From Gemmatimonadales bacterium (GTDB lineage: Bacteria; Gemmatimonadota; Gemmatimonadetes; Gemmatimonadales; Gemmatimonadaceae), in the NCBI GenBank assembly GCA_038322455.1, contig JBBQFZ010000002.1, positions 20,223-84,222 of the forward strand: DNA of 64,000 nucleotides, given 5' to 3'. The notes below the pieces were generated by a model. It was not told the origin of the DNA. It did not search any database and was given only the letters and a program-made list of their open reading frames with translations. Each line of letters begins with the position of its first letter. Within the stretch, counting starts at the first letter, position 1. Below, piece after piece: positions 9,846 to 20,862 of this stretch. A program made the translations under genes and the position numbers.

Positions 9846-10814
9846 ATGAGAGTCGCCGCGGTTGAAGCGTCGCAAGTGGAAAGCGCCGTAAGCGCTGCGC
9901 TCGGTGATTGCGCCCACTCCGTGCTGGCCGTGTCGGGCGGACTGGACTCAATGGTTCTCCTCACCGCCGCGTCCAGGCTCCCGGCGCGCGGACGCCGAGG
10001 TATCACCGTTGCGACGTTTGACCACGGCACGGGCAGGGCTGCCGGCAGAGCCGCCGCTCTCGTGGCGCGCCACTCACTCGAGCTGGGTTTCGCGTGTGTC
10101 AGCGGTCGCGCCTCCACGATCGGAACCAGGGAAGAGGAATGGCGGCACAGTCGCTGGACATTCCTCAGGCAAGTGGCCGACACACGGGGCGCGCAGGTTG
10201 TTACCGCGCATACACGCGACGACCAAATCGAAACCGTTTTCATGCGCATTCTCCGAGAGGCCGGACCGCGGGGGCTCGCGGGCCTTTACGCCGAATCGGA
10301 GATCATTCGCCCCTTCCTCGAGCTGAGCCGCGCCTCTTTGGTGGGATACGCCCACCTGCATCGCGTTCCCTTCGTGCAGGATCCTTCCAACTCTGATCGC
10401 AAGCACCTCCGTAACCGCATCCGGCTTGACATCCTCCCCTCGATCGTCGAGCAGCACCCGGGCTTTTCAGAAGAGCTGCTATCGCTGGCTCGCCGTTCCG
10501 CGGCGTGGCGCCGCTCGCAGGAAGATCTCGCTGGTGATGTCGAGGCCGAGCCTGAGCAGGACGGGGGACTTCGGGTGAGTCGATCCAGCCTCCGAGGGTT
10601 TGATGCGGATTGCCTTCGCGTCCTGTGGCCCGCAATCGCGGCCAGGGCAAGTGTTGTGATGGACAGGAGAGGAACTCATCGCGCCGCGGAGTTTACTATT
10701 AATGGACTGAATGGCGGTACGATTCAGCTGTCGGGAGGAGTGGAAATCGTCATGCGGCGCGACCACATGCTGCTGCGTCGCTGGCGGGTGGCACCCGCGG
10801 ACCTTCAGGCGTGA
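9846..10814 (+). CDS. tilS: tRNA(Ile)-lysidine synthetase (short form)
   Basis: PP-loop AVSGGLDSM, TAHTRDDQIET, DPSN, RNRIR; canonical tilS-hpt-ftsH order. Confidence 0.9.
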   Translation: MRVAAVEASQVESAVSAALGDCAHSVLAVSGGLDSMVLLTAASRLPARGRRGITVATFDHGTGRAAGRAAALVARHSLELGFACVSGRASTIGTREEEWRHSRWTFLRQVADTRGAQVVTAHTRDDQIETVFMRILREAGPRGLAGLYAESEIIRPFLELSRASLVGYAHLHRVPFVQDPSNSDRKHLRNRIRLDILPSIVEQHPGFSEELLSLARRSAAWRRSQEDLAGDVEAEPEQDGGLRVSRSSLRGFDADCLRVLWPAIAARASVVMDRRGTHRAAEFTINGLNGGTIQLSGGVEIVMRRDHMLLRRWRVAPADLQA

Positions 10815-11380
10815 GCAGCACGATTAATCCGGTGGAAGCGAGAAATGATCCGCGTCTTTCGGGCAGGGCTGTAAAACGCATCGCGTTCGACGAGGCAGCC
10901 ATCGCGAAAAGAGTCTCCGAGCTCGGCCGACAGATCACGGAGGCCTATCCCGATGGCGACCTGCTGGTTCTTGGTTTGCTCAAAGGAAGCTTCATCTTTC
11001 TAAGCGACCTGGTTCGTCAGATAACGCGACCGCTTCAGGTCGATTTCCTGGTGGCGTCGAGTTACGGTGAGGGAATGGTGTCGAGCGGGACGGTCAATCT
11101 GGTGTACGACCCGGAGACGGAGCTGGAGGGGAAGGACATCCTTCTCGTCGAGGACATCGTTGATTCCGGCCGCACATTGAATCGTCTGATGGCTATACTG
11201 AAGGAGAGGCAGCCGCGGTCGCTGGAGATCTGCGCGCTGCTGCACAAGAGGATTGCGAACGGACTCCAGCACGATGCGAAGTTCGTTGGATTCGATGCGC
11301 CGAATGAGTTTTTGGTTGGTTATGGGTTGGATCACGCGGAGAACTTCCGCCACTTGCCGTACATAGCGAGCTTGCAGTAA
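10811..11380 (+). CDS. hpt: Hypoxanthine phosphoribosyltransferase
   Basis: GLLKGSFIFLSDL, LLVEDIVDSGRTL, FLVGYGLD. Confidence 0.95.
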   Translation: MSSTINPVEARNDPRLSGRAVKRIAFDEAAIAKRVSELGRQITEAYPDGDLLVLGLLKGSFIFLSDLVRQITRPLQVDFLVASSYGEGMVSSGTVNLVYDPETELEGKDILLVEDIVDSGRTLNRLMAILKERQPRSLEICALLHKRIANGLQHDAKFVGFDAPNEFLVGYGLDHAENFRHLPYIASLQ

Positions 11381-13362
11381 TGCCTATACAGATGCCCAAC
11401 AAAAATCCCAAGAAGCCCACTGACTGGAGCCGGCGCTCAAAGCAGCTCTCGTTCTGGGTATTCGTCATACTCGTCCCCGTCGCCATCATTCAATTCTCGG
11501 CGAAGGGAGCTGATGCGGCGCCCGAGGTCTCCTACACTGAGTACACCGGGCAGCTCCAGCACGACAACATCGACAAGGTCACCATCCAGGGTGGGCGTGC
11601 CCTGATGGGCGATTTCAAGAACAAGATTTCCGTCAAGGGGCGCCTTGTCCAGAAGTTCAAGGTGCTGCTCCCAATGGAGAACTCGGCCGACGACCTAAAG
11701 CAGCTGGTCGCGCACGGAGTTCAGATTCAGGCGGAAGAGCCGCGCACATCGATGACGGCCCTTCTCATCGGACTGTTCCCGTACCTCCTGATCTTCGGAA
11801 TCTGGTTCTTCCTCTTCCGATCGATGCAGGCGGGTGGAGCGAAGGCGTTCAGCTTCGGCAAGTCAAAGGCGAAGCTTCTGACGGGCGACACTCCCAAGGT
11901 CACGTTCGACGATGTCGCGGGCGCCGACGAAGCAAAGGTCGAGCTCCAGGAGATCATCGAGTTCCTGAAGGATCCGCAAAAATTCACAAAGCTAGGTGGC
12001 CGCCTGCCCAAGGGCGCGCTGCTGGTTGGCCCCCCTGGAACCGGTAAGACGTTGCTCGCGCGCGCGGTTGCGGGCGAAGCCGGCCGTCCATTCTTCTCCA
12101 TGTCCGGGTCCGACTTCGTCGAGATGTTCGTCGGAGTGGGCGCGAGTCGCGTGCGCGATCTTTTCGAGCAGGGAAAGGCTCACGCCCCCTGCATCATCTT
12201 CATCGATGAGATCGACGCCGTCGGGCGCCATCGTGGTGCCGGACTTGGTGGCGGACATGACGAGCGCGAACAGACACTCAACCAGCTCCTTGTGGAGATG
12301 GATGGATTCGAGTCGAACGAGGGCGTCATTCTGATTGCGGCAACCAATCGTCCCGATGTTCTCGATCCCGCGCTGATGCGTCCCGGCCGCTTCGACAGGC
12401 AGATCGTGGTCGATTCACCCGACCTTCGCGGCCGCGAGGGAATCCTCCGCGTGCACATCCGCAACAAGCCCATGGCCGAGGACGTGGACGTCACGACGCT
12501 AGCCCGCGGAACTCCGGGAATGGCTGGCGCTGACCTCGCCAATCTCGTCAATGAAGGCGCGCTGCTCGCTGCCCGTCGCAACCACGACAAGGTGTACATG
12601 GCCGACCTCGAGGACGCGAAGGATAAGGTGATGATGGGCGCCGAGCGAAAGTCGATGGTTATGAAGGACGAGGAGCGGAAGCTCACGTCCTACCACGAGA
12701 GTGGTCACGCCATCTGCGCGATCAAGGTCAAGGGCAACGATCCGCTTCACAAAGTCACGATCGTTCCGCGGGGACGGACGCTGGGTGTCGCGTGGACGTT
12801 GCCGGAGGACGACCGCGTATCGGTCACGCGTGAACAGCTCGAAGCCAATCTGGTGAAGGCTTATGGGGGACGCGTCGCCGAGGAGCTCGTGTTCGGACGG
12901 GATCGCGTGACCACGGGTGCTGCGAGCGACATCCAGCAGGCAACGGGTCTTGCGCGACGCTACGTCTCGCAGTGGGGGTTGTCGGACGAGATCGGCCCGA
13001 TCCTCGTGGGTGACAACGAGCAGGAGCTCTTCCTCGGTCGTGAGCTGCAGACCCGGCGTGAAGTTTCGGAGCGCACGGCGCAGCTGGTCGATTCCGAGGT
13101 ATCGCGCGTAATCAAGGAAGCGTACTCGCGGGCGACGCAGGTTCTGCAGGAGAACCTGGACCTGCTTCACGTCGTCGCCGCGGCACTGCTCGATCGCGAG
13201 ACGCTGACCGGTGACGAAGTAAATGCTCTGGCACGCGGCGAGAAGCTTCCCCCGCGCCCGATCAGCCCGCCGCCTTCCGCGCCCGCGCTCGCCACCCCGG
13301 TCATGCATCCCAAGCCGTCCAAGCCACCGCTGTTCGGAGGTCCGGAGGTAGCGCCGGCGTGA
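11380..13362 (+). CDS. ftsH: ATP-dependent zinc metalloprotease FtsH
   Basis: Two TM segments; Walker A GPPGTGKT; Walker B IIFIDEID; [14 protein letters not shown]; HESGH. Confidence 0.97.
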   Translation: MPIQMPNKNPKKPTDWSRRSKQLSFWVFVILVPVAIIQFSAKGADAAPEVSYTEYTGQLQHDNIDKVTIQGGRALMGDFKNKISVKGRLVQKFKVLLPMENSADDLKQLVAHGVQIQAEEPRTSMTALLIGLFPYLLIFGIWFFLFRSMQAGGAKAFSFGKSKAKLLTGDTPKVTFDDVAGADEAKVELQEIIEFLKDPQKFTKLGGRLPKGALLVGPPGTGKTLLARAVAGEAGRPFFSMSGSDFVEMFVGVGASRVRDLFEQGKAHAPCIIFIDEIDAVGRHRGAGLGGGHDEREQTLNQLLVEMDGFESNEGVILIAATNRPDVLDPALMRPGRFDRQIVVDSPDLRGREGILRVHIRNKPMAEDVDVTTLARGTPGMAGADLANLVNEGALLAARRNHDKVYMADLEDAKDKVMMGAERKSMVMKDEERKLTSYHESGHAICAIKVKGNDPLHKVTIVPRGRTLGVAWTLPEDDRVSVTREQLEANLVKAYGGRVAEELVFGRDRVTTGAASDIQQATGLARRYVSQWGLSDEIGPILVGDNEQELFLGRELQTRREVSERTAQLVDSEVSRVIKEAYSRATQVLQENLDLLHVVAAALLDRETLTGDEVNALARGEKLPPRPISPPPSAPALATPVMHPKPSKPPLFGGPEVAPA

Positions 13363-14267
13363 GTTTCTCCTGGCCGTCGAAGTCACAGCGGCCAACCATC
13401 TTCGGAATTTTGAACGTTACCCCCGACAGCTTCAGCGACGGGGGTAATTTCGTTTCTACCGAGAGCGCGATCGCGCAGGCCGATCGGATGATCTCGGAAG
13501 GAGCCGATGTGATCGACGTCGGTGGGGAATCAACGCGGCCCGGCGCGGATTCGGTTCCCGTGCGTGAGGAGCTGAAGCGCGTCCTGCCCGCCATTCGCGC
13601 CATTCGCTCGCGCTGGAGCGATGTCCCGATCTCAATAGACACCGTCAAAGCTGAGGTGGCGCGTGCTGCTCTGGCGGAGGGCGTATCGGTTGTGAACGAT
13701 GTCTCCGGCATGTCGCTCGACCCTCAAATGGCTGGTGTTTGCGCGGACGCCGGTTGCAACGTCGTTCTCATGCACTCTCGTGGCACGGTTGGCGAAATGG
13801 CGAGCTACGACAAGGCGGTCTATGGCAACGATCCTGTGGGCGAAATGTTGTCGGAGCTGGAGGAAAGCATCCAGACCGCTCAGCATGCCGGGATCCATCC
13901 CGGGAGAATTGCTCTGGATCCGGGAATCGGCTTCTCCAAGAAAACCGGACACTCGCTTGCGGTGCTCGTCGAGCTCCGGCGAGTCGTGGAGAAGGGCTAT
14001 CCGGTGTTCATCGGCGCGTCGCGCAAGCGCGTGATCGCGGAGCTGATACGCTTCACCTCCGAAAGCGGCCGCGGCTCGAGCGGGACGACGCTGGCGGCGC
14101 AGGCCGTCTCCAACGATGAGCGCGACATGGCGACGGTCGGCGTCAACGTCGTGGCCTTCTTCGCTGGCGCCCGAATTTTCAGGGTGCACAGCGTGCGACC
14201 AAATCGTCTGGCACTTGATGCCGCGTGGGCATTGACCCCGGAGGAGTCTGAGCTGCTCGTCGACTAG
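13359..14267 (+). CDS. folP: Dihydropteroate synthase
   Basis: GILNVTPDSFSDGG, DVGGESTRPG, ISIDT, LDPGIGF, GASRK, FRVH. Confidence 0.95.
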   Translation: MSFSWPSKSQRPTIFGILNVTPDSFSDGGNFVSTESAIAQADRMISEGADVIDVGGESTRPGADSVPVREELKRVLPAIRAIRSRWSDVPISIDTVKAEVARAALAEGVSVVNDVSGMSLDPQMAGVCADAGCNVVLMHSRGTVGEMASYDKAVYGNDPVGEMLSELEESIQTAQHAGIHPGRIALDPGIGFSKKTGHSLAVLVELRRVVEKGYPVFIGASRKRVIAELIRFTSESGRGSSGTTLAAQAVSNDERDMATVGVNVVAFFAGARIFRVHSVRPNRLALDAAWALTPEESELLVD

Positions 14268-14377
14268 CGACGACCGTTGACTGCTGCTCCGGGAAAACCA
14301 ATCGGTGCGCATCAAATGGGCAACTCGCGACCCTGAGAGGTAGCTTTGAGTGATAAAACCAAACTGAGGCGCACCCG

Positions 14378-15985
14378 ATAAGACGCTTTCCTTCGGCGGG
14401 CTGGACGACGGCCGCAATTCTCCTGTTCGTGTACATGCTCACCCTCGCTCCCGGCGTCACGCTGTGGGACTCGGGTGAGTTTCTCGCCGCCATCAAGACG
14501 CTCGGTATTCCGCACCCGCCCGGGACCCCGTTGTACGTTCTGCTGGGCAGGGTTTGGAGTCTGGCGTTCGCGGACCTCTTTGGATTTGCGCGCGCAATCA
14601 ACCTGCTTTCGGCTGTTTGCACAGCGCTCGGATGCGGAATTCTCGCGAGCCTGTTTGCCAAATGGACCGGCGACGGTTTCGCCGGTACAGCGGCGGGAAT
14701 CACTGCGGGCCTGATGGCTACCGTCTGGCTAAGCGCAACGGAGACCGAAGTGTATGCCGTCGCGCTCCTGTTCGGCTGCATCATTCTGTGGGCAGGCGAT
14801 CGCGCGGGTGAGAACTCCGACATGCACTGGGCGCTCCTCGCGGCGTATCTCTCTGGGCTCGCGTGGTCGCTGCACCTGAGCGCGCTTCTCGTCCTGCCGA
14901 GCGCGGTACTGCTCGTTTTCAGCACTCACGATGGGTATTTCGCGGTTCCGGTGGGCAGACGCTACGCCGACGGGCGCCGCGAGGCGCACTCCTTTGCGCG
15001 ATTGCTTCGAGCCTCGATCCTGGTTGCGTTGATCGGGATGTCCTGCGCCCTGTTCATGCTTTTCCGTGCGCGGCACGATCCCGTCATCAATCAGGGCAAT
15101 CCTTCGACGTTCGCGAGCCTCGTCGATGTGATTCTGCGACGGCAGTACGACGTACCCGCGCTCTGGCCGCGGCAGGCCCCGATGTACATTCAGCTAGGCA
15201 ATCTGTTCGAGTACGCCGACTGGCAGTTTGCGAAGGGACTGGGTCCGGATGCGCCGCCGAACTGGTGGCGAACGCCAATCACCGTCCTTTATGCGCTGCT
15301 CGGCCTGGTGGGGTTTGTGACGCACAGAGCCATGGACCGCCGCAGCTGGCGCGCCATGGCGCTTCTTTTTTTCGTTTCCACCATCGGTGTGTTGGTCTAT
15401 CTGAACCTCAAGGCAGGCCCATCGTTCGGCGTCGGCTTCCTTCCGGCGAACGCCCCGCACGAAGCTCGGGAGAGAGACTATTTCTTTTTCTTCGCGTTCC
15501 TGTGCTGGGGTCTCTGGGCAGGCTTCGGCTCGATACGGCTTTCACGTCTGGTCAAGGCGCCGTTCAACATGATCGCGCTCATACTTCCGTTCGCTCCCGC
15601 GATTCTGAACTGGGGAGCCGTCGACCGAAGAACCGATCCCGTTGAAGCCCAGGCGAGGGTGGAATCGGGCGAGATGCTGTCACGGGTTCCGCCCAGCGGG
15701 ATTTTTCTCGCGCTTGGTGACAACGACACCTATCCGCTCTGGTATTTGCAGCAGGCGGAGAACACGCGACGGGACGTCACCATCGTGACGGTCCCGCTGC
15801 TTGGCGCGAAATGGTACCGCGCCGAGCTGGCCAGACGCTACAAGCTTCTGGACCCCGCAGCTGTCGAGACCTGGCTCGGCCGCGACAGCACTGTCGCCCT
15901 GATCACCAAACGCGCCTACCAACAAAACCATCCCGTCATCCATTCGCCATTCTTCGCTGCGGATTCTGCCACAGCGAAGAAGTAG
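14378..15985 (+). CDS. DUF2723 / TMEM260-like GT-C-fold membrane glycosyltransferase
   Basis: TLAPGVTLWDSGEF, GIPHPPGTPLY, TETEVYA, GDNDTYPLWY; many TM helices. Start placed at an RBS-backed ATA 14378; the first canonical start is GTG 14429. Confidence 0.8.
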   Translation: MRRFPSAGWTTAAILLFVYMLTLAPGVTLWDSGEFLAAIKTLGIPHPPGTPLYVLLGRVWSLAFADLFGFARAINLLSAVCTALGCGILASLFAKWTGDGFAGTAAGITAGLMATVWLSATETEVYAVALLFGCIILWAGDRAGENSDMHWALLAAYLSGLAWSLHLSALLVLPSAVLLVFSTHDGYFAVPVGRRYADGRREAHSFARLLRASILVALIGMSCALFMLFRARHDPVINQGNPSTFASLVDVILRRQYDVPALWPRQAPMYIQLGNLFEYADWQFAKGLGPDAPPNWWRTPITVLYALLGLVGFVTHRAMDRRSWRAMALLFFVSTIGVLVYLNLKAGPSFGVGFLPANAPHEARERDYFFFFAFLCWGLWAGFGSIRLSRLVKAPFNMIALILPFAPAILNWGAVDRRTDPVEAQARVESGEMLSRVPPSGIFLALGDNDTYPLWYLQQAENTRRDVTIVTVPLLGAKWYRAELARRYKLLDPAAVETWLGRDSTVALITKRAYQQNHPVIHSPFFAADSATAKK

Positions 15986-15994
15986 CGCGCGGGT

Positions 15995-17485
<1,491 letters not shown>

Positions 17486-17522
17486 TGTTCGCTCCAGAAA
17501 AAGGTCTGCGTTGATTCGCCTG

Positions 17523-18524
17523 TCATGCGGTTTTCATGAGCGGAACCGCGTCCGCTTTCTTTCGTGAGGTGTTTCGGTTTGCCGCGGCTGCGCGGCGCTT
17601 TCCCGTCGCGGCAAAAAGCATCGGTCCCTTTGCTTCCGGGTCGGGAGGCAGCGGGCTATAGCGAAATCCGTCGAGTCCAGCCGCCTGCATCCAGCCGGAC
17701 AACGTCCCGCTGTCGAAGCCCTGCCAGAGGTGTCCCATTGTTTGCCGGAGGTCCTGCCTGTCGTGTGGCATCATGTCGAGAACGAGAAGACGCCCACCCG
17801 GCTTGAGAACGCGTACGGCCTCGGCGATCACGCGCGCCGGGTCCGGGGCGTAGTGCAGCACGAGAAAGAGCAGTGCGACATCGACCTCCCCGTCGGCGAG
17901 TGGAAGCGCTTCGAGCCGTCCATTGCGGATGTCGACGTTCTCTATGCCGTGCAACCGCTTTCGGGCCGCCGCCAGCATCGCGCTCGATTCGTCGACGGCA
18001 ATCACCTGAGACACAAAAGGCGCGATTGCCTGTGCGACCGCGCCGGTCCCTGAGCCCAGGTCTGCGACCTTCCAGCTTTCGTCGAGCAAACCCAGCAGCG
18101 CGCTATCTGCGCGTCGGCCGAAAAGCTCGAGTCGCATACGGTCCCATTGCCCGGCGGAAGTCGAAAAGAACTGCTGCGATCTCGTGCTCCGCTCGGCCAG
18201 CACGGACTGCGTGCGCTTAGCATCGTGCTCGGTGGCGGTGGAATGCACGACTTCCTCGCGGACGAGATGCCAGAGTCGCCGAGTTGCGGGGTCGAGGGAA
18301 TCGGTAGCAATTCTGTAGTGGCGGCTGGTTCCCTCGGCGCGGGCTTCAACCCAGCCCTCCGCGCTCAGCATCTTGAGGTGCCGGCTGATAGTCGACTGCG
18401 GAAGCTGCATTATCGCGCGAAGCTCATTTACGGTAAGCTCGTTGCGCTCGAGCGCGAGCAGGAGCCTGCTCCTCGTGGGGTCGGCGAGGGCGGTCATCTG
18501 CCCGAAGAGGGGGGTCGGTTTCAA
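17523..18524 (-). CDS. ArsR-family HTH fused to a SAM-dependent methyltransferase domain (SahR/SamR-like regulator)
   Basis: [11 protein letters not shown] and QSTISRHLK (ArsR HTH); VADLGSGTG and [12 protein letters not shown] (class I MTase); lies directly upstream of ahcY. Confidence 0.88.
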   Translation of the reverse strand: MKPTPLFGQMTALADPTRSRLLLALERNELTVNELRAIMQLPQSTISRHLKMLSAEGWVEARAEGTSRHYRIATDSLDPATRRLWHLVREEVVHSTATEHDAKRTQSVLAERSTRSQQFFSTSAGQWDRMRLELFGRRADSALLGLLDESWKVADLGSGTGAVAQAIAPFVSQVIAVDESSAMLAAARKRLHGIENVDIRNGRLEALPLADGEVDVALLFLVLHYAPDPARVIAEAVRVLKPGGRLLVLDMMPHDRQDLRQTMGHLWQGFDSGTLSGWMQAAGLDGFRYSPLPPDPEAKGPMLFAATGKRRAAAANRNTSRKKADAVPLMKTA

Positions 18525-18528
18525 AGCA

Positions 18529-18550
18529 TCAATCCGTTCATCCGGATTGA
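18529..18550. promoter_or_regulatory. Palindromic operator, candidate SahR-like autoregulatory site
   Basis: TCAATCCG-TTCATC-CGGATTGA: perfect 8-bp inverted repeat with a 6-nt spacer, between the -10 box and the start codon. Confidence 0.7.
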
Positions 18551-18579
18551 AGGTTATATATAGCGGACTGTCAAGTCAA
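18551..18579 (-). promoter_or_regulatory. Sigma70-type promoter for the sahR-like/ahcY operon
   Basis: Minus strand TTGACT (18579-18574), 17 nt, TAACCT (18556-18551); an overlapping TTGACA at 18574-18569. Confidence 0.55.
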
Positions 18580-18616
18580 GCGTGTGTCGCGGCCGGAGAG
18601 TCTCTATTTTTCCGCC

Positions 18617-20605
18617 ATGATCTGGAGAACCCTGTATGCAGGTTTGACCGTGACGGTTTTGGGCTGTGCCCCCCACGTCGACCCCCCACTCACCGGGGCG
18701 GCAGTCGACTCCGATTGGCCTTCCTATGGTCGAACTTCATTGGGGGACAGGCACTCGCCGCTGACGCAGATAGATACCAGCAACGTGTCGCAGTTGCAGG
18801 TCGCGTGGCGCTTCCACACCGGCGAGGGTGCCGCCGAGTTCAAGACCAGGGCGCCGACTGCGCTCGAGGTGACTCCCCTGGTCTATCGCGGAACGATGTA
18901 TCTCAGCACTCCGCTCGGTAGGGTGTTCGCTATCGATGCGATAACTGGCGGCGAACGCTGGCGCTTCGATCCGAAGGTTGACCGCACTACCGAGTTCGGC
19001 GATTTCGCGAATCGTGGCGTCGCGCTTTGGGAGGACCCCACTGCGGCGTCGAGCGCCGCGTGCGCGCTGCGGGTTTTCGTGGCAACGATCGACACCCGGC
19101 TCATCGCCCTCGATGCGGCCACGGGCGTACCCTGCCGCGGTTTCGGTGAGGGTGGCGCCATCCAGCTCCGAAATGGGCTGCGCAATGCGCCCGCGTTCGC
19201 ATCCGAATATGAGGAGACGTCGCCTCCCACCGTCGTGAATGGAATTGTCGTCGTCGGGTCGGCGGTCGCGGATAACAACCGCATCGATGCAGCCAGCGGG
19301 GAAGTGCGCGGATTCGATGCGCGCACCGGCGGGCTCCTCTGGACGTGGGATCCGGTTCCGCAGAATTCCACCGATCCGGCCTCGGCAACCTGGGTAGGAC
19401 CCAACGCCCATCGTACCGGAGCGGCAAACGCGTGGCCCGTCTTCGCGTCGGACCCGGCGCGGGATCTGGTTTTCGTCCCGACGGGATCGCCGAGCGTGGA
19501 TTATTTCGGTGGCGAGCGGAAGGGACGGAATCAATACGCGAACTCGATCGTGGCGATCCGCGCGTTGACGGGTCATACCGTATGGTCTTTCCAGACCGTT
19601 CGACACGATCTGTGGGACTATGACAATGCATCCCCGCCTGCTCTGGTGGATGGACAGATCGATGGCCGCGCAGTGCCAGCGGTTCTCCAGGCGACTAAGA
19701 CTGGCCAGCTGTTCGTGCTGGATAGAGACACAGGCAGACCGCTTTTTCCCGTAACGGAGGGCCGGGTTCCCGCGAGCGACGTGCCCGCTGAAGAATCCTG
19801 GCCTACGCAGATCCTGAGCAGCGGCCTGCCTCCGCTCAGCCCGCAGGCGCTATCGCGAAGCGAGGTCTGGGGCGTAACGGCGGAGGACGTCGCCGCGTGC
19901 AGGGCGAGATTCGATGCGCTTCGGAATGAAGGCACATTCACGCCCCCGAGTCTCGGGGGATCGCTCATCATGCCGTCGAATGTCGGCGGCGCCCACTGGG
20001 GTGGGCTCGCATTCGATCCGGCCAGCAACGTGGTGGTGGTTCCCACAAATCGCATTGCGGCTGTCATCACGCTCATACCGCGCGCGAAATACGAGGGACG
20101 CGATATGGACATGGGGCACGAGCGAATTGGAACGGAGTACGCGATGATGCGCGGAACGCCGTACGTGCTGAAGCGGGAGCTTTTCCTCGCGCCCAGCGGC
20201 GCACCGTGCACGCCGCCACCTTTCGGCTCACTGGTCGCTGTGAGTTTGCGTACGCGCTCCGTTCTTTGGAGCGTCCCGCTCGGAACGTCTGAAGGCCTCG
20301 AAAAGGTAGGGATTCACCTGCCCCCCGGCATCGCGGGCACCATCAATCTGGGCGGACCAATCACAACCGCGGGCGGCCTCGTATTCATCGGCGCCGCGCT
20401 GGACAGGTACCTCCGCGCATTCGATCTGAGCAATGGTCGGGAGTTGTGGAAAGGCGCCCTCCCGGCCGGCGGAAAGGCGACACCCATGACCTACCTGGGC
20501 GCGGATGGCCGCCAGTACGTCGTGATCGCCGCTGGGGGAGATGGAAAAGCGTGGGGTTGGAGCGATGAGGTCGTAGCGTTTGCGCTGCCGCGAATCGGCC
20601 GGTGA
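18617..20605 (+). CDS. PQQ-dependent dehydrogenase, glucose/quinate/shikimate family, lipoprotein form
   Basis: Lipobox VLGC; DWPSYG, HSPLTQI, EVTPL, RGVALW, HDLWDYD, GGAHWGG, TTAGGLVFIG, ATPMTY; no N-terminal Gcd TM bundle. Confidence 0.88.
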   Translation: MIWRTLYAGLTVTVLGCAPHVDPPLTGAAVDSDWPSYGRTSLGDRHSPLTQIDTSNVSQLQVAWRFHTGEGAAEFKTRAPTALEVTPLVYRGTMYLSTPLGRVFAIDAITGGERWRFDPKVDRTTEFGDFANRGVALWEDPTAASSAACALRVFVATIDTRLIALDAATGVPCRGFGEGGAIQLRNGLRNAPAFASEYEETSPPTVVNGIVVVGSAVADNNRIDAASGEVRGFDARTGGLLWTWDPVPQNSTDPASATWVGPNAHRTGAANAWPVFASDPARDLVFVPTGSPSVDYFGGERKGRNQYANSIVAIRALTGHTVWSFQTVRHDLWDYDNASPPALVDGQIDGRAVPAVLQATKTGQLFVLDRDTGRPLFPVTEGRVPASDVPAEESWPTQILSSGLPPLSPQALSRSEVWGVTAEDVAACRARFDALRNEGTFTPPSLGGSLIMPSNVGGAHWGGLAFDPASNVVVVPTNRIAAVITLIPRAKYEGRDMDMGHERIGTEYAMMRGTPYVLKRELFLAPSGAPCTPPPFGSLVAVSLRTRSVLWSVPLGTSEGLEKVGIHLPPGIAGTINLGGPITTAGGLVFIGAALDRYLRAFDLSNGRELWKGALPAGGKATPMTYLGADGRQYVVIAAGGDGKAWGWSDEVVAFALPRIGR

Positions 20606-20645
20606 TATTGTTGGTCAGGCCAATCGCCACTTTCATCCCCACCGC

Positions 20646-20858
20646 ATGAACTTCGAAACAAGTCTCCGCCGGCTCGAGGAGATTCTCGCCGCCCTAGAGG
20701 ATCAGCAGGTGGGGCTCGACGCATCGCTCAAGCTATTTGAGGAAGGAGTCGAGCTCCTTCGCACAGCGTCGGCAGAGCTTGGGCGCGCCGAAACGAAGGT
20801 ACAGATGCTGCTCGAGAAATCGGGCGGCGGATTCGAGCTCCGGGAGATGGATCTCTAG
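20646..20858 (+). CDS. xseB: Exodeoxyribonuclease VII small subunit
   Basis: NFETSLRRLEEILAALE...LDASLKLFEEGVEL...AETKVQML; xseB-ispA-dxs order. Confidence 0.92.
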   Translation: MNFETSLRRLEEILAALEDQQVGLDASLKLFEEGVELLRTASAELGRAETKVQMLLEKSGGGFELREMDL

Positions 20859-20862
20859 CGAA

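Noticed and set aside
13359-14267. FolP C-terminal RVHS instead of RVHD, and a ~20-aa insert after SRK
   Set aside because: The key Lys, Arg and His are retained; this looks like tolerated variation with no sign of inactivation.
14291-14380. Assignment of the folP-DUF2723 structure to a known riboswitch (TPP via CTGAGA, glycine via CTCTCAGG on the minus strand, SAM-I via GATAAG, c-di-GMP-II)
   Set aside because: Only isolated short words match and the other required conserved elements are absent by eye; kept as an unclassified candidate pending an Rfam scan.
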